DNA of 64,000 nt. It comes from an uncultured Pseudomonadales bacterium (GTDB lineage Bacteria; Patescibacteriota; Microgenomatia; UBA1400; PJMF01). Shown one piece after another: positions 48,381 through 57,983 of this stretch. Numbering within the stretch: position 1 is the stretch's first letter; the number at the start of each line of letters is the position of its first letter. A model generated the notes under the pieces. That model saw only the letters and a program-made list of their open reading frames with translations. It was not told the origin of the DNA and did not search any database. The stretch spans positions 23,026-87,025 of the forward strand of contig CAZBEW010000003.1 in NCBI GenBank assembly GCA_964491115.1. The letters run 5' to 3'. A program made the position numbers and the translations under genes.

Positions 48381-49397
48381 CTAATTAGCAATAATTTTAA
48401 TTTCTGGTACTATCCTTCCGGTTAATCTAATAGAGATGGGGTCAAAGTTTAAATCCTTTGCTTCGGTTTTAATGAGGTATTCGCCGTTAGGAAGGGCAGT
48501 TTTAATGGCAAATTCACCCTCAATGTTGCTTTTGCTAATGCGTAAAGCCTGGTCGTCATTGCTGGCAAAAACTTCAATTAAGGCATTGCTTACTGGCTCG
48601 TTTTCTTGATTAAAAACAAGACCAAACAGTTGGTTTGCTAACATGCTCTCTCTTTCCGACTGCTTTTCTTCATCAGCTTGATCTTCTTTGTTGGTATTTT
48701 TTAGAGGGTAGTTTTCTTGGACCTTTTTTGCCTCGGTTTTTTCCTGTATTTCTTGTTTAGCTGGCAATGGATCGCTTTCTTGGGCGTATTGTACTTGTTG
48801 TTGTTCCTGAATTTGCTCAAGGCTTTTAATTTTTCTCACTCTTGTTTTTAAATGAGGTTTGTCCACCCTAATATCTTTTTGAACAGAAATATTTTCTGCC
48901 TTAATTTCTACTTGACTAAAATTGGCCAGCAAATCTTCTGCTCTTTGATTGTAATGTAAATCCCATTGGTCAAGATCTTCGTTGGCACTAGGAACGCTTT
49001 TTAGATATTCTTGAACGCGCTGTTTTCTAGCTGGCGAGTAATTTACCTCTGGAGTAATATCTAAATTTTGATTTTGATCCGCTTGGTAGTTAAAAAAATC
49101 GGGGACCTTGGGTGCTTTTTTCCAAAAAAATTTAGTTGGTTTCCATATGTTTTTGAAAAAAGTTACGATCCAAAAATCTAAGGGTCTTTCTTCAACCGGA
49201 ACAAAAGCAATCATGACAGCCAAAATGATAATAAAAATAAACAGTGGCCACTTTACTATGGCAATTAAGTTACTTTTGAAAACAATAAAAGCAATGATAG
49301 CGCCAGCAGCCAATTCGCCAAACTGCTTTAGAGTCATGCTGCCGATTAGGTGAAACTTGTAGCCAGTTATATCTTGGGGAATAGAGTGTTGTATCAT
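48381..49397 (-). CDS. PrgI-family (VirB3-like) membrane protein with a C-terminal carboxypeptidase-regulatory-like domain
   Basis: H.IPQDI...F.LIG.MTLKQF, two TM helices, ERPLD.W; C-terminal G.V..Q..EPVSNALIEV...SN..GEF. Confidence 0.8.
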   Translation of the reverse strand: MIQHSIPQDITGYKFHLIGSMTLKQFGELAAGAIIAFIVFKSNLIAIVKWPLFIFIIILAVMIAFVPVEERPLDFWIVTFFKNIWKPTKFFWKKAPKVPDFFNYQADQNQNLDITPEVNYSPARKQRVQEYLKSVPSANEDLDQWDLHYNQRAEDLLANFSQVEIKAENISVQKDIRVDKPHLKTRVRKIKSLEQIQEQQQVQYAQESDPLPAKQEIQEKTEAKKVQENYPLKNTNKEDQADEEKQSERESMLANQLFGLVFNQENEPVSNALIEVFASNDDQALRISKSNIEGEFAIKTALPNGEYLIKTEAKDLNFDPISIRLTGRIVPEIKIIAN

Positions 49398-49822
49398 AGG
49401 GACAGCTTATTTGACTGATATTCAAAGCGACTACTGTCGATATCGCCAAATCCTTTTTCATTTAACCATATTTCGAGCGCTTTTTCTGTAGCATTTAGAC
49501 CCATGTCCGATTTGACAACAAAACCGCCGGTTTTATAAGAAAATTCGATGGTGAAATTTGACGTGCTTACTGGAGTGATGTTTTTTAATTCTGTGATCTG
49601 ACGATGTTGCTCGGTAACTTCTTCACTAAAATCTGGCTGGTCTGTGGGATAACCATGATCATGAATGTTTTTAATTTTTTCGAACTCTGGAGTGGGCGAC
49701 GCTTGTTGTGGCACGTTTCCTTCCTGACCACCTTGCTGAGTTACTCTTTGCAATACTATTATGGCAATTAGAATAAGTATTAATAAGATGATAATAAGCA
49801 GGGTTTTTTTCTTTTTTTTCAT
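49394..49822 (-). CDS. Single-TM exported hypothetical protein
   Basis: KKKKK followed by a hydrophobic helix; overlaps the PrgI start (ATGA). Confidence 0.7.
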   Translation of the reverse strand: MKKKKKTLLIIILLILILIAIIVLQRVTQQGGQEGNVPQQASPTPEFEKIKNIHDHGYPTDQPDFSEEVTEQHRQITELKNITPVSTSNFTIEFSYKTGGFVVKSDMGLNATEKALEIWLNEKGFGDIDSSRFEYQSNKLSL

Positions 49823-49826
49823 ATTT

Positions 49827-52800
49827 TTAATTTACTATTAGCACAAGATTTTTAAATACTGTTTCAGACCCAACTTGGTGAACTACATTTTTTCCCCACC
49901 ACGGGTCGTAGGCAGTGACGGTGCCGGGGGTTTCAACACAAACAATAACGTAATAATGGCCAAAGCCTTTAGTGTCTGTGTGTGCTAGCAAAAGATTACC
50001 TTGTGCTAAATAATTACTAATTTCGTTAGTAATCTCAGTTGGAGAACCTGTTGGAGTTGCCACCCAGGTGGCAGTTACACCATTGCTGTTGAGAGTATCA
50101 ATTAAGTCACTAAGGTAACTACCAGCACATGTTGTTTTACCGCAACCTAGATAGCCCTCTCTAATAGACATTTGCTCAGGATCTTCATTTAAAATCATTG
50201 CGATGCTTGTTGGGCCACAAGCAACATCACCAAACCAACATCCACCGCAAATCCTAATATGACTCATGCTTTTCTGATCATAATAAGTTAGATTTCCCAC
50301 ATTTGTCCCATTACAATAAACGGTTTCTCCGCCACCGCCACCACCATCAGTGGGGAAATGGGTTAAAAAAGCACTATTTATTGTAGTTTGGTAAAAAAGA
50401 GTTCCGCCAGCTACCAAACCAAAGGCTGTGATAACAGCTTGGCCGGCAGTGGCCATAACGCCTTTGCCTAGAGCCGTTGCTGACGATAAACCGCCAGCAC
50501 TTAGCGCTTTAGCTCGAACACTAATTGGGCCTTGAGCTTCAGCACCCAAGGTGTCTGGTGCTGAGGCAGCTACGCCTTTTCCTCTTCCAAGCAGAGAGTT
50601 AATGATTGATGCGGAGGCGTTAGTAGCTTGTGAGAACAAACTATTTTGAGTTGAAACCGCACCCGCTCCTTTTGCTCCGCCACCCAAGCCAAAAAAATTA
50701 AGAGCCTTTATGGTTAAAGCTATTAAGGCGCCGAAAGCAGCCACTGTTGCAGCCAATATTAGTTTTAATAGAGGTTCTACTATTTTTCTAATTCTTCCCC
50801 AAGCCTCTTGCTCTATCATTTGCTTTATTGGCTCAGGTAGACTTTCAAAAGCACCGGCTGTGGCGTAATTAAGTCCAGCCCTAACAGCCTTTTGGCCAAC
50901 AAAATCCATCGCTTTATTACCAATATTTTTAACAGCGGTAAAACCATCTTGGAGACTATTCTCGATCCCTCCCTCATCATTTAATGATCTGTACAGCGGA
51001 TATTCATTGTTTTCATAATCTCCAAAAGCTTGATTGTAATTGATTGCGCCCAAGTCATAAGGGGAAAATTGTGTCAAAGTGTTGGCTTGTAGGACCATAT
51101 TGCCCGTGGTGTATTTTTCTCCAGGCAAATAATAATGTAAGGTAACAATTTGTGCTTGAGGACCAGAATCATTAATTACGTCCAAAAAGCTTTGCCGATA
51201 CACTGTTGTTAGCTTGTTTAAGTTGTCAATTTCCTCGCTACTAAAGCGAGAAAAGTCTATTTGATCTTGAGAGAAACCAGCTATTTTTTTGCTAACAACC
51301 TCCGCATCAATGAGGTTATAACTTGCTTGGTGTTTTATTTGTTGAAAATAAATGTTTTGTTTTTGTAAAATTTGTTTATCTTTTTTTGAAAGATTTTTAC
51401 GAGCTTTATCTTTTGAATCAAACTTGCTTGGTTCAACACTGTCGAACTCATCCCAGATTTGTTCAAGATCTTCTGGAGTGTAAATTTCATTATCAATACC
51501 CTGGTGAATGTTATGACTCCATTCAGCCCGCTGCGTTTTCCAGTAACAAGTGAGCAGGTCTTTAATAACACGCTCATTGGCAACAAAAGTGTTCTCTCCA
51601 ATAATATCTCGGCCAAAATGTGCTTGAAATCGTGTCCAATTAAGATTTTCTATATATTCAACCGGATAATTTTGTTGAATAAATACATCGATAACTGGCA
51701 AAATGTTGTCTTCAACCAAGAAAGCTTTATCAACAGCGCTTTTATCATTAGCAATAATTTTGGTCCATTCACCTAAAAAATTGTTTTTGGTAACTCTGGT
51801 AAAACTGGCACCGATATTTGCTAAAAAGTCTTGATTAAGGTCTTTTTTTTCATCAATTGCGGCAAAAAACGCTTCAGCCTCTTCAGTGGATAATTCTTCC
51901 AACTGTTCTTTTAAATCTTCAGGAACATTTTCGCCATTAACACTGAATTTTGCATCAAGTAGTTTTTGTCTAAATTTTTGTTCCTCGTTTGCGATTAACT
52001 GCTTTTTTAGCTCTAAAGGATCTTGCCCACTCTGAGTTAATCGACCAAGTTCTCGGGCAAATATTTCGCCACCCCTAATATCGGTCATGACTTTCAGAGC
52101 AACTTCTTTAGAGAAGCTGATGCGCATCGACGGAGTGCTAATTAATTTTTCTAAATTATATTGACCACCTATTAGCAAGCTTTCAATTTTAGAAAAAGTA
52201 ATACCCAATAATTGTTGTCTACTTTCTAAAGATAGTTGATTAAAGTTGGGAATTTGTTCAAAGCCCATGTTCATTAGTTGCTCTTTAGTTAAATTAGCAA
52301 ATTGAAAAATTAGGGCTTGGTTAACTGAAACAATAGCCAAAGAGCGAATATACAGTTTCGAATTGTCGTCAAGACGAGCCAAGTTAAATTCTTTAGAAAA
52401 ATTTTCTGGTAGTCTTTGTTGATGGTCTTCTTCGGCACCACCAGTGTCTGATTCATCTTCTGCTTGGGTTTCTGTTGATTTACTAAGCAGGCCAGGCGCT
52501 GTCGCTGGGGCTTTACTTTCTTCTTGGTCTGGTTCCTTTTCTGGCTCTTTATCTTCTACTTTTTCTTCTTCAGCAATGATGTCCAAGAGTGTTTGGCCAA
52601 TCTCGTTGCTAATCTTTTGCCAATAATCAGAACTATCTTCAAGTTTTTTTAATTCTGACAAAGCTATCTGGTCAGTACTTATTTTTGATGCTAAGCCTAT
52701 TCGCCTAAAATAATCGTTGCCGAGTTTAGCCAAAGTCTGTTTGTTATTTTGCTTAAGATATTTGGAGAGTGGAAGCGTGCTTTGCTCAAGAAAAGCTAAT

Positions 52801-53153
52801 ACATCACTGGCAAATATATTGTTTTCTAAGATTTCGTTTTCTTGTTTTTTTAATTTGTCAATTTCTTTTTCTTTTTCTTCTGGAGGAAGCGATTGATCTT
52901 GACCAACTCTAGCTATAAGAGCGAGATACTTTTCAACCTCATCACTTTTTATTAATTTAAAAGTTTTCCCAGCAAAACCCCGGACTGAAAAGGGCAGATT
53001 AAAACTCTTCTTAAATTGTTGGGGCAAATCTTGATCAAAAAAATCAGCACAAAAGGTAATAATTTCTTTTAATTCCGCTAGCTCAAGACTATCTTGACTA
53101 GCAAGCTCTTTTAGAGGAATTAAAAACCTATCGCTATTAGTTCGATCCGCCAT
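49827..53153 (-). CDS. Giant membrane protein with a C-terminal C39-like (papain-fold) peptidase
   Basis: About 790-aa helical N-terminus, TM plus Ala/Gly-rich segments, Gly6 linker, then YYDQ..ACGPTS..GHYYV..YDP. Confidence 0.75.
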   Translation of the reverse strand: MADRTNSDRFLIPLKELASQDSLELAELKEIITFCADFFDQDLPQQFKKSFNLPFSVRGFAGKTFKLIKSDEVEKYLALIARVGQDQSLPPEEKEKEIDKLKKQENEILENNIFASDVLAFLEQSTLPLSKYLKQNNKQTLAKLGNDYFRRIGLASKISTDQIALSELKKLEDSSDYWQKISNEIGQTLLDIIAEEEKVEDKEPEKEPDQEESKAPATAPGLLSKSTETQAEDESDTGGAEEDHQQRLPENFSKEFNLARLDDNSKLYIRSLAIVSVNQALIFQFANLTKEQLMNMGFEQIPNFNQLSLESRQQLLGITFSKIESLLIGGQYNLEKLISTPSMRISFSKEVALKVMTDIRGGEIFARELGRLTQSGQDPLELKKQLIANEEQKFRQKLLDAKFSVNGENVPEDLKEQLEELSTEEAEAFFAAIDEKKDLNQDFLANIGASFTRVTKNNFLGEWTKIIANDKSAVDKAFLVEDNILPVIDVFIQQNYPVEYIENLNWTRFQAHFGRDIIGENTFVANERVIKDLLTCYWKTQRAEWSHNIHQGIDNEIYTPEDLEQIWDEFDSVEPSKFDSKDKARKNLSKKDKQILQKQNIYFQQIKHQASYNLIDAEVVSKKIAGFSQDQIDFSRFSSEEIDNLNKLTTVYRQSFLDVINDSGPQAQIVTLHYYLPGEKYTTGNMVLQANTLTQFSPYDLGAINYNQAFGDYENNEYPLYRSLNDEGGIENSLQDGFTAVKNIGNKAMDFVGQKAVRAGLNYATAGAFESLPEPIKQMIEQEAWGRIRKIVEPLLKLILAATVAAFGALIALTIKALNFFGLGGGAKGAGAVSTQNSLFSQATNASASIINSLLGRGKGVAASAPDTLGAEAQGPISVRAKALSAGGLSSATALGKGVMATAGQAVITAFGLVAGGTLFYQTTINSAFLTHFPTDGGGGGGETVYCNGTNVGNLTYYDQKSMSHIRICGGCWFGDVACGPTSIAMILNEDPEQMSIREGYLGCGKTTCAGSYLSDLIDTLNSNGVTATWVATPTGSPTEITNEISNYLAQGNLLLAHTDTKGFGHYYVIVCVETPGTVTAYDPWWGKNVVHQVGSETVFKNLVLIVN

Positions 53154-53223
53154 GACTTTATTATAGACAGAAATTTAATGCGTGACTAGGCAAAAAAATT
53201 GAAAAATAGTATAATAACTAATT

Positions 53224-55815
53224 ATGAGCGCAAATCCAAATATTGTTGGAGGCTTTTCTCCAGAGCGGGGCTTTTTTAACCAAGCGGACACTGGGATGGG
53301 TGGTGGTGCAGGTAGTGGCAAGGATGATGAGCCAGTTGCTAAAAATCCTGATCAAGAGTCCGGTCAGGAACCCACTGATAAAAAACCAGATATTGCGAGT
53401 CAATTAAGCGTTAATTTAGGCCAAATTGAATCTTTCATTCGTGGCAAGGAGCCTAAGCCTGGTCAGGCTAGAGATTTGGTGAAAGAATCTCTGAAACTAA
53501 TAGAGGACTACGAACCAAGCTCTGAGGATGAAAAGGCCGACATACTTTTCTTTATTGATAAGTTAATATTGAGGGCAAAAGCTCTTTACCCACCCGAATT
53601 GAAGACAGAAGCTATTAACCTTAAATCAAAATTAGAAGTTTCTTACTATGGTGAAGAAAGTATAAAGAAATCAAATGTGAGTTCAGCAAAACAAGATAAG
53701 CTGAGTCCTTCTAAAATTAAAGAAAGCGATTCTGAAGGTGATGAACAAAGTGAAGATGATCGAATTGAAGACCTTACTCAGTTACTGATGAATTTTGATG
53801 ACGAGTTAAAAATTCTAGAAGACCAGTCTTTTGTTTTTGCAGATGATCGAGATTGGGTGAGCGAATCTTTTGAAGAGATAAATGGCCATCTTGCCACATT
53901 GAAAGGATCAAATAATGTTGATAAGGAAGTAATAAAAACTAAAGAGATTTTGTTGTTGCAACTTGAGTATAAAAAAAGAAGAGAGGCGATGTTTAAAACA
54001 CTCACCGAAATGGAAGGGAGTCAGTCGTTAACTGAAGGTTTTTTTGCTAGAGCTATTGAGGGTCCGGGTTTGACTAGAATGAATAATATTGTGTCTAGAT
54101 TAAAACTGTTAGCGGGTGGGGCAGAAAACATAAAGTATCAAGAAGATTTAGAAAAAATCAACAAGCATTATTTGGCAAGGAAGTGGTTGCTTCTTACTTG
54201 GTTGTATGTTAATCCTAAGATATATGAGGGTTCGGGTGCAGAGGGAGCAAGAACCTCTTTTGGACAAGTTGGTGACAATCAATTTCCAATTAAGGGTAAA
54301 GACTTCCAGGAACTTATACTTGGCGGATTAGATTTTAACCCTGAGTTTGGAGGTTTGTTGAATCAGAAACTAGGTGTTGAGTCAGTTCAGCTTGGCGAAA
54401 ATGAAAAGAAAGATATCGAGGTAACTTTATTTACCTTTTGTATGCGGGAGTTTGATAGAATCTACAAAGATAAAGATGGGACGGGTAGTACTGATCCTGA
54501 AGATAAAAATAAAACTATTACTAAAATTACAACGCAAAACTTAAGAGAAAATAACGGCCCCCTAATTGATTATGTTTGGAAAAAGGCAAAACAATATAAG
54601 AAAGAACACGATGGCGATTTTGCTAATCAGACTGGAGTTGAAATAGACAAACATGCGGTTGACATGGCTTTTAGAACTCATTTAATTTTAACCATGCATC
54701 ATTGTCGTTATGCTAGTGGGAGTCCTAGTTTGAGAGATGATTGGTACTATGCCTTTAATTGGCCTAAATATGTTCTTAGTTATCGTGAAAAAGGAGTTGA
54801 TAAATTTGATTGGTTGGTTACGATGTTGCAGTTTGGACTCAGGCCTGGTTTTAATGGTGATCAAGTGTCTGATAAAAATCTTCTTGCTCTGTTATTTGAT
54901 GCTTCTGCGGTTCGAAAAGCTAAAAGAAAACTAGAAGCTAGAGGGATGTTAAATGAAGGAGACAGGGGTTTGAGGTCATTAAGGGGCTTAATAAATGGAT
55001 ATGCAATTAGCTTGCCAGATGTATCTCCTCAAGTAACTCAAGCGACTGAAGATGCTCCAGACTCCGATAAAAAACCAGATAAACAGCCAGAGTACTCGTT
55101 TCTCGCACCCCCACTTAGGTATCTAAGGCAAAAAGGCGAAGACGGAAAGTTTGTTACTCATCCTGCTCCTGAAGGATCAAATGGATTGCATGTTTTTTTG
55201 GATGAAATTAGAGATGAAAAAGGTGATTTGCTCTATGAGGAATTTAATTATGAACAACTGGGCAATGATTTAATGGATTATTACAACAATATGAATGCGC
55301 ACGGTATTGATAATTTTTTAAACAAATTTATAAAAACAGAGCGTTTTGAATTTATGGAAAACGCCACAAGTCCTAAGGTTTTAAAAAATTGGAAGAATGA
55401 GGCTAGATATTGCGCAACACTTCTGCCTAGGGTTGGAAAGTTTGCGCTAATGAATATGAAAGACTCTGGAGATCCAGTAAAACTAAACCCTAGTAGGTAT
55501 CCTACTGAAGAATCTAAAAAAGGAGCGCGGAAATCAAGTGTTGCTGAAGCGGTTATGGATAGAATTTTATACCAAATTGTTTTTATCAATTGTATGCTTC
55601 GTACCGATTATACTGTTGATGATAAATATTTTTGGTCAGACGTTGAGGTGAGAAAGTATTTATCCGATCTTAGTAGTGAACAAATTTTAACCACTCAAGA
55701 AGCTGATGCAATTTATGAAGTGGTTATTGCTTATCGCGGTCAAGTAAAAATATTTGTTGAGGGAGTTAGAAAAGAAACAGCCAAACAGATTGTGCACTCA
55801 AACCTTTTTAAGTAA
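53224..55815 (+). CDS. Large hypothetical soluble protein
   Basis: 863-aa ORF with TATAAT 8 nt upstream; no recognised domain. Confidence 0.8.
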   Translation: MSANPNIVGGFSPERGFFNQADTGMGGGAGSGKDDEPVAKNPDQESGQEPTDKKPDIASQLSVNLGQIESFIRGKEPKPGQARDLVKESLKLIEDYEPSSEDEKADILFFIDKLILRAKALYPPELKTEAINLKSKLEVSYYGEESIKKSNVSSAKQDKLSPSKIKESDSEGDEQSEDDRIEDLTQLLMNFDDELKILEDQSFVFADDRDWVSESFEEINGHLATLKGSNNVDKEVIKTKEILLLQLEYKKRREAMFKTLTEMEGSQSLTEGFFARAIEGPGLTRMNNIVSRLKLLAGGAENIKYQEDLEKINKHYLARKWLLLTWLYVNPKIYEGSGAEGARTSFGQVGDNQFPIKGKDFQELILGGLDFNPEFGGLLNQKLGVESVQLGENEKKDIEVTLFTFCMREFDRIYKDKDGTGSTDPEDKNKTITKITTQNLRENNGPLIDYVWKKAKQYKKEHDGDFANQTGVEIDKHAVDMAFRTHLILTMHHCRYASGSPSLRDDWYYAFNWPKYVLSYREKGVDKFDWLVTMLQFGLRPGFNGDQVSDKNLLALLFDASAVRKAKRKLEARGMLNEGDRGLRSLRGLINGYAISLPDVSPQVTQATEDAPDSDKKPDKQPEYSFLAPPLRYLRQKGEDGKFVTHPAPEGSNGLHVFLDEIRDEKGDLLYEEFNYEQLGNDLMDYYNNMNAHGIDNFLNKFIKTERFEFMENATSPKVLKNWKNEARYCATLLPRVGKFALMNMKDSGDPVKLNPSRYPTEESKKGARKSSVAEAVMDRILYQIVFINCMLRTDYTVDDKYFWSDVEVRKYLSDLSSEQILTTQEADAIYEVVIAYRGQVKIFVEGVRKETAKQIVHSNLFK

Positions 55816-55849
55816 TTTAAAGTGTCAGGTTTTTTTGGATATTTGTGTT

Positions 55850-56210
55850 GCGCTAATTTATTCGCCTACTACTTGATCTGCTACCTCTTTCGCTTCTGCA
55901 GTTTCTGGTATGGAACTAGGCAAACCCTGTTCACCTGTTTCTGGCTTTGTGCTTAATGAGTCACTTATTGCACTTGCTGCAGCACTCGTACTTTGGTTGT
56001 CTTTACGTATTTCTTTTTGTCTTTGACTGTCTTGAAGAGCACCAATAAGTTTTATATTTAAAGAGTCGCTTAATTGACCTAAAAAAATATCTTTAATTTT
56101 TGTCATATCAAAACAATTTTCTGTATAAAATTAACCAGCGCTAATTTATTCGCCTACTACTTGATCTGCTACCTCTTTCCCTCCTGCAGTTTCTGGTATG
56201 GAACTAGGCA
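55850..56210. repeat. Direct repeat with 288-bp period (73 bp at 71/73 identity, continuing degenerately), duplicating the 3' end of the VirB6-like gene
   Basis: 55850-55922 versus 56138-56210. Confidence 0.92.
55858..56106 (-). CDS. 82-aa ORF that is a diverged copy of the VirB6-like C-terminus
   Basis: Ends PSSIPETAEAKEVADQVVGE versus PSSIPETAGGKEVADQVVGE in the upstream gene. Confidence 0.6.
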   Translation of the reverse strand: MTKIKDIFLGQLSDSLNIKLIGALQDSQRQKEIRKDNQSTSAAASAISDSLSTKPETGEQGLPSSIPETAEAKEVADQVVGE

Positions 56211-57885
56211 TAACCTGTTCATTTGCTTCTGGACTTGTGCTCAATGCGTCTCTTATCGCTTCTTCTGCAGCACCTCCTCTTTGACTTGCTTGAGCTATTT
56301 CTTTAGCCTTTTTACGAGTTGCATATGCTTCTGTTGCTCTTGTGCTTAGTCCTTGTTGAGCCTGTTGAATACCCGTGTTAATAGTGCCTGTTACTAATTT
56401 GGGAACGTTAGCAATTACGGTTGGAGCTGCAACACCAAAAGCTCCACCCTTAATTGCTCCTTCACCAGCTGCTTTTAATCTATCTTGAAAAGACGCTCCT
56501 TCACCAGCTCTAGCAAAACCTACACCAGCTCCTGCCAAGCCACCAAGAGCCCCTGTTCCTGCCGACACTCCTGCTCCCACCATGAATTTACCTCCTTTAT
56601 TCCAACCTTCTTGCAACTGCTTCATTGCCGCTCCAGCTAAATTGCCCATGATTCCCTCTGATAGTCCCAACATTTTCTTTACCTCTTTCATAATTTCTGG
56701 AATTATTAGTAATATGCCGATACCTACTAAAACTGGAAAAACTGCACCTTGACCAGATCCTAGTAAATAGGGTGGCATAAATCCGCCCGATGAGCCACCT
56801 TCATAATAAGTAGAACTGGTTAACATTCTATTAACTAAAAGACATATTAGAATTATGGGCCACATAATTAAATTACCAGTCAAATTTTTTAACCAAGATA
56901 CAAAGGTGTTTTGGCCAGGAATAGCGCCAACCATTAAAATTACTGGAGCAAAGACTACTTGTAAAATAATTGAGACATATGATTTTAATAGCTCTAAAAA
57001 GATTTTAAAAACACTAAATAAGATTGCTAATCCTACAATCATTGATGCTGACAATGAAGAAAATAAGACTAAGGCATCTGCAACAAAACCTTCTCCTAAC
57101 AAGTTTTCCATCAAAGCTGTCACAGCTTGCCTAACGTCAGGCCCAAAGCTCCTAAACATGCTTCCCACTAAAGTAAAAATACTACCTGAAATTAAGTCTT
57201 GTTGACCATCAAACAGTGAAGTTAATAAGTATAACAAAAGATACATTATATCAATCATAAATCCGGCAATGGCATAGGAAAAGGTAACTGCTAATAGGGC
57301 AACAATGATGTTGGGAATGGCCTGTTGCACGGTAATGGCTACTTGGCCAATTTTAGCTCGAAACATAATCATAAAGCCAATCACTAAAAAAATGACCACA
57401 AAAAACAGATAAGCTATATTACGAAACTGCTTCCAGGTTTCAAGGATTGGATCTAATGAGGCAAAACCTAGGCCTTGTGCTTGTGCTTCTGGAATAATTT
57501 TAGCGTTTTGTAGTAAATCAGCTAAGTAAACTTGAGAATTAATGGGAGAATCATACATGGCCACAATACTACTATTAACTGTGCCAATTAGCCCTGAACC
57601 AACACTTTGTTGCAACATGGCGCTTTCGCTAGATTCACTCTCTGTAGTGCCGAGAACATGAAGATTAATCACGTTCATTAAGTTTGAAGTTGTTTCTGTA
57701 ACGTGTTTTTCTCCACTTACACCTTCTTGAGTAATGCTAGTCTGCATGTTTTCACTAGCTTCTTTTGAGCGAAATTGAGCTCTAATCCAATCCCAGACGT
57801 TGGCTTGAGCGGGTTTAACAGCCACTGACCACGCCATTAGAAAGGTTAAAGCAAAGACTAACAAACGAGAAGCAGATTTTCTCAT
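56146..57885 (-). CDS. VirB6/TrbL-like polytopic membrane protein
   Basis: Signal peptide; W..FRNIAY, LVTFS-like AVTFSYAIAGF.ID and F..P....GAIPG..W.K motifs; Gly/Ala-rich C-terminus. Confidence 0.72.
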   Translation of the reverse strand: MRKSASRLLVFALTFLMAWSVAVKPAQANVWDWIRAQFRSKEASENMQTSITQEGVSGEKHVTETTSNLMNVINLHVLGTTESESSESAMLQQSVGSGLIGTVNSSIVAMYDSPINSQVYLADLLQNAKIIPEAQAQGLGFASLDPILETWKQFRNIAYLFFVVIFLVIGFMIMFRAKIGQVAITVQQAIPNIIVALLAVTFSYAIAGFMIDIMYLLLYLLTSLFDGQQDLISGSIFTLVGSMFRSFGPDVRQAVTALMENLLGEGFVADALVLFSSLSASMIVGLAILFSVFKIFLELLKSYVSIILQVVFAPVILMVGAIPGQNTFVSWLKNLTGNLIMWPIILICLLVNRMLTSSTYYEGGSSGGFMPPYLLGSGQGAVFPVLVGIGILLIIPEIMKEVKKMLGLSEGIMGNLAGAAMKQLQEGWNKGGKFMVGAGVSAGTGALGGLAGAGVGFARAGEGASFQDRLKAAGEGAIKGGAFGVAAPTVIANVPKLVTGTINTGIQQAQQGLSTRATEAYATRKKAKEIAQASQRGGAAEEAIRDALSTSPEANEQVMPSSIPETAGGKEVADQVVGE

Positions 57886-57983
57886 ACTAGGTATATTCTA
57901 ATTGATAATTGTGTTTTGTGTAAAGTGAAGTTTATTATTTTAACTCTTGACAAGATATCGCAAAGTATTTAAAACTATCACAA

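Noticed and set aside
55850-56330. Diversity-generating retroelement TR/VR pair
   Set aside because: Mismatches are not confined to adenines of one copy (G/T, T/G and G/C changes occur, and A differences run both ways), and no reverse transcriptase is in the window.
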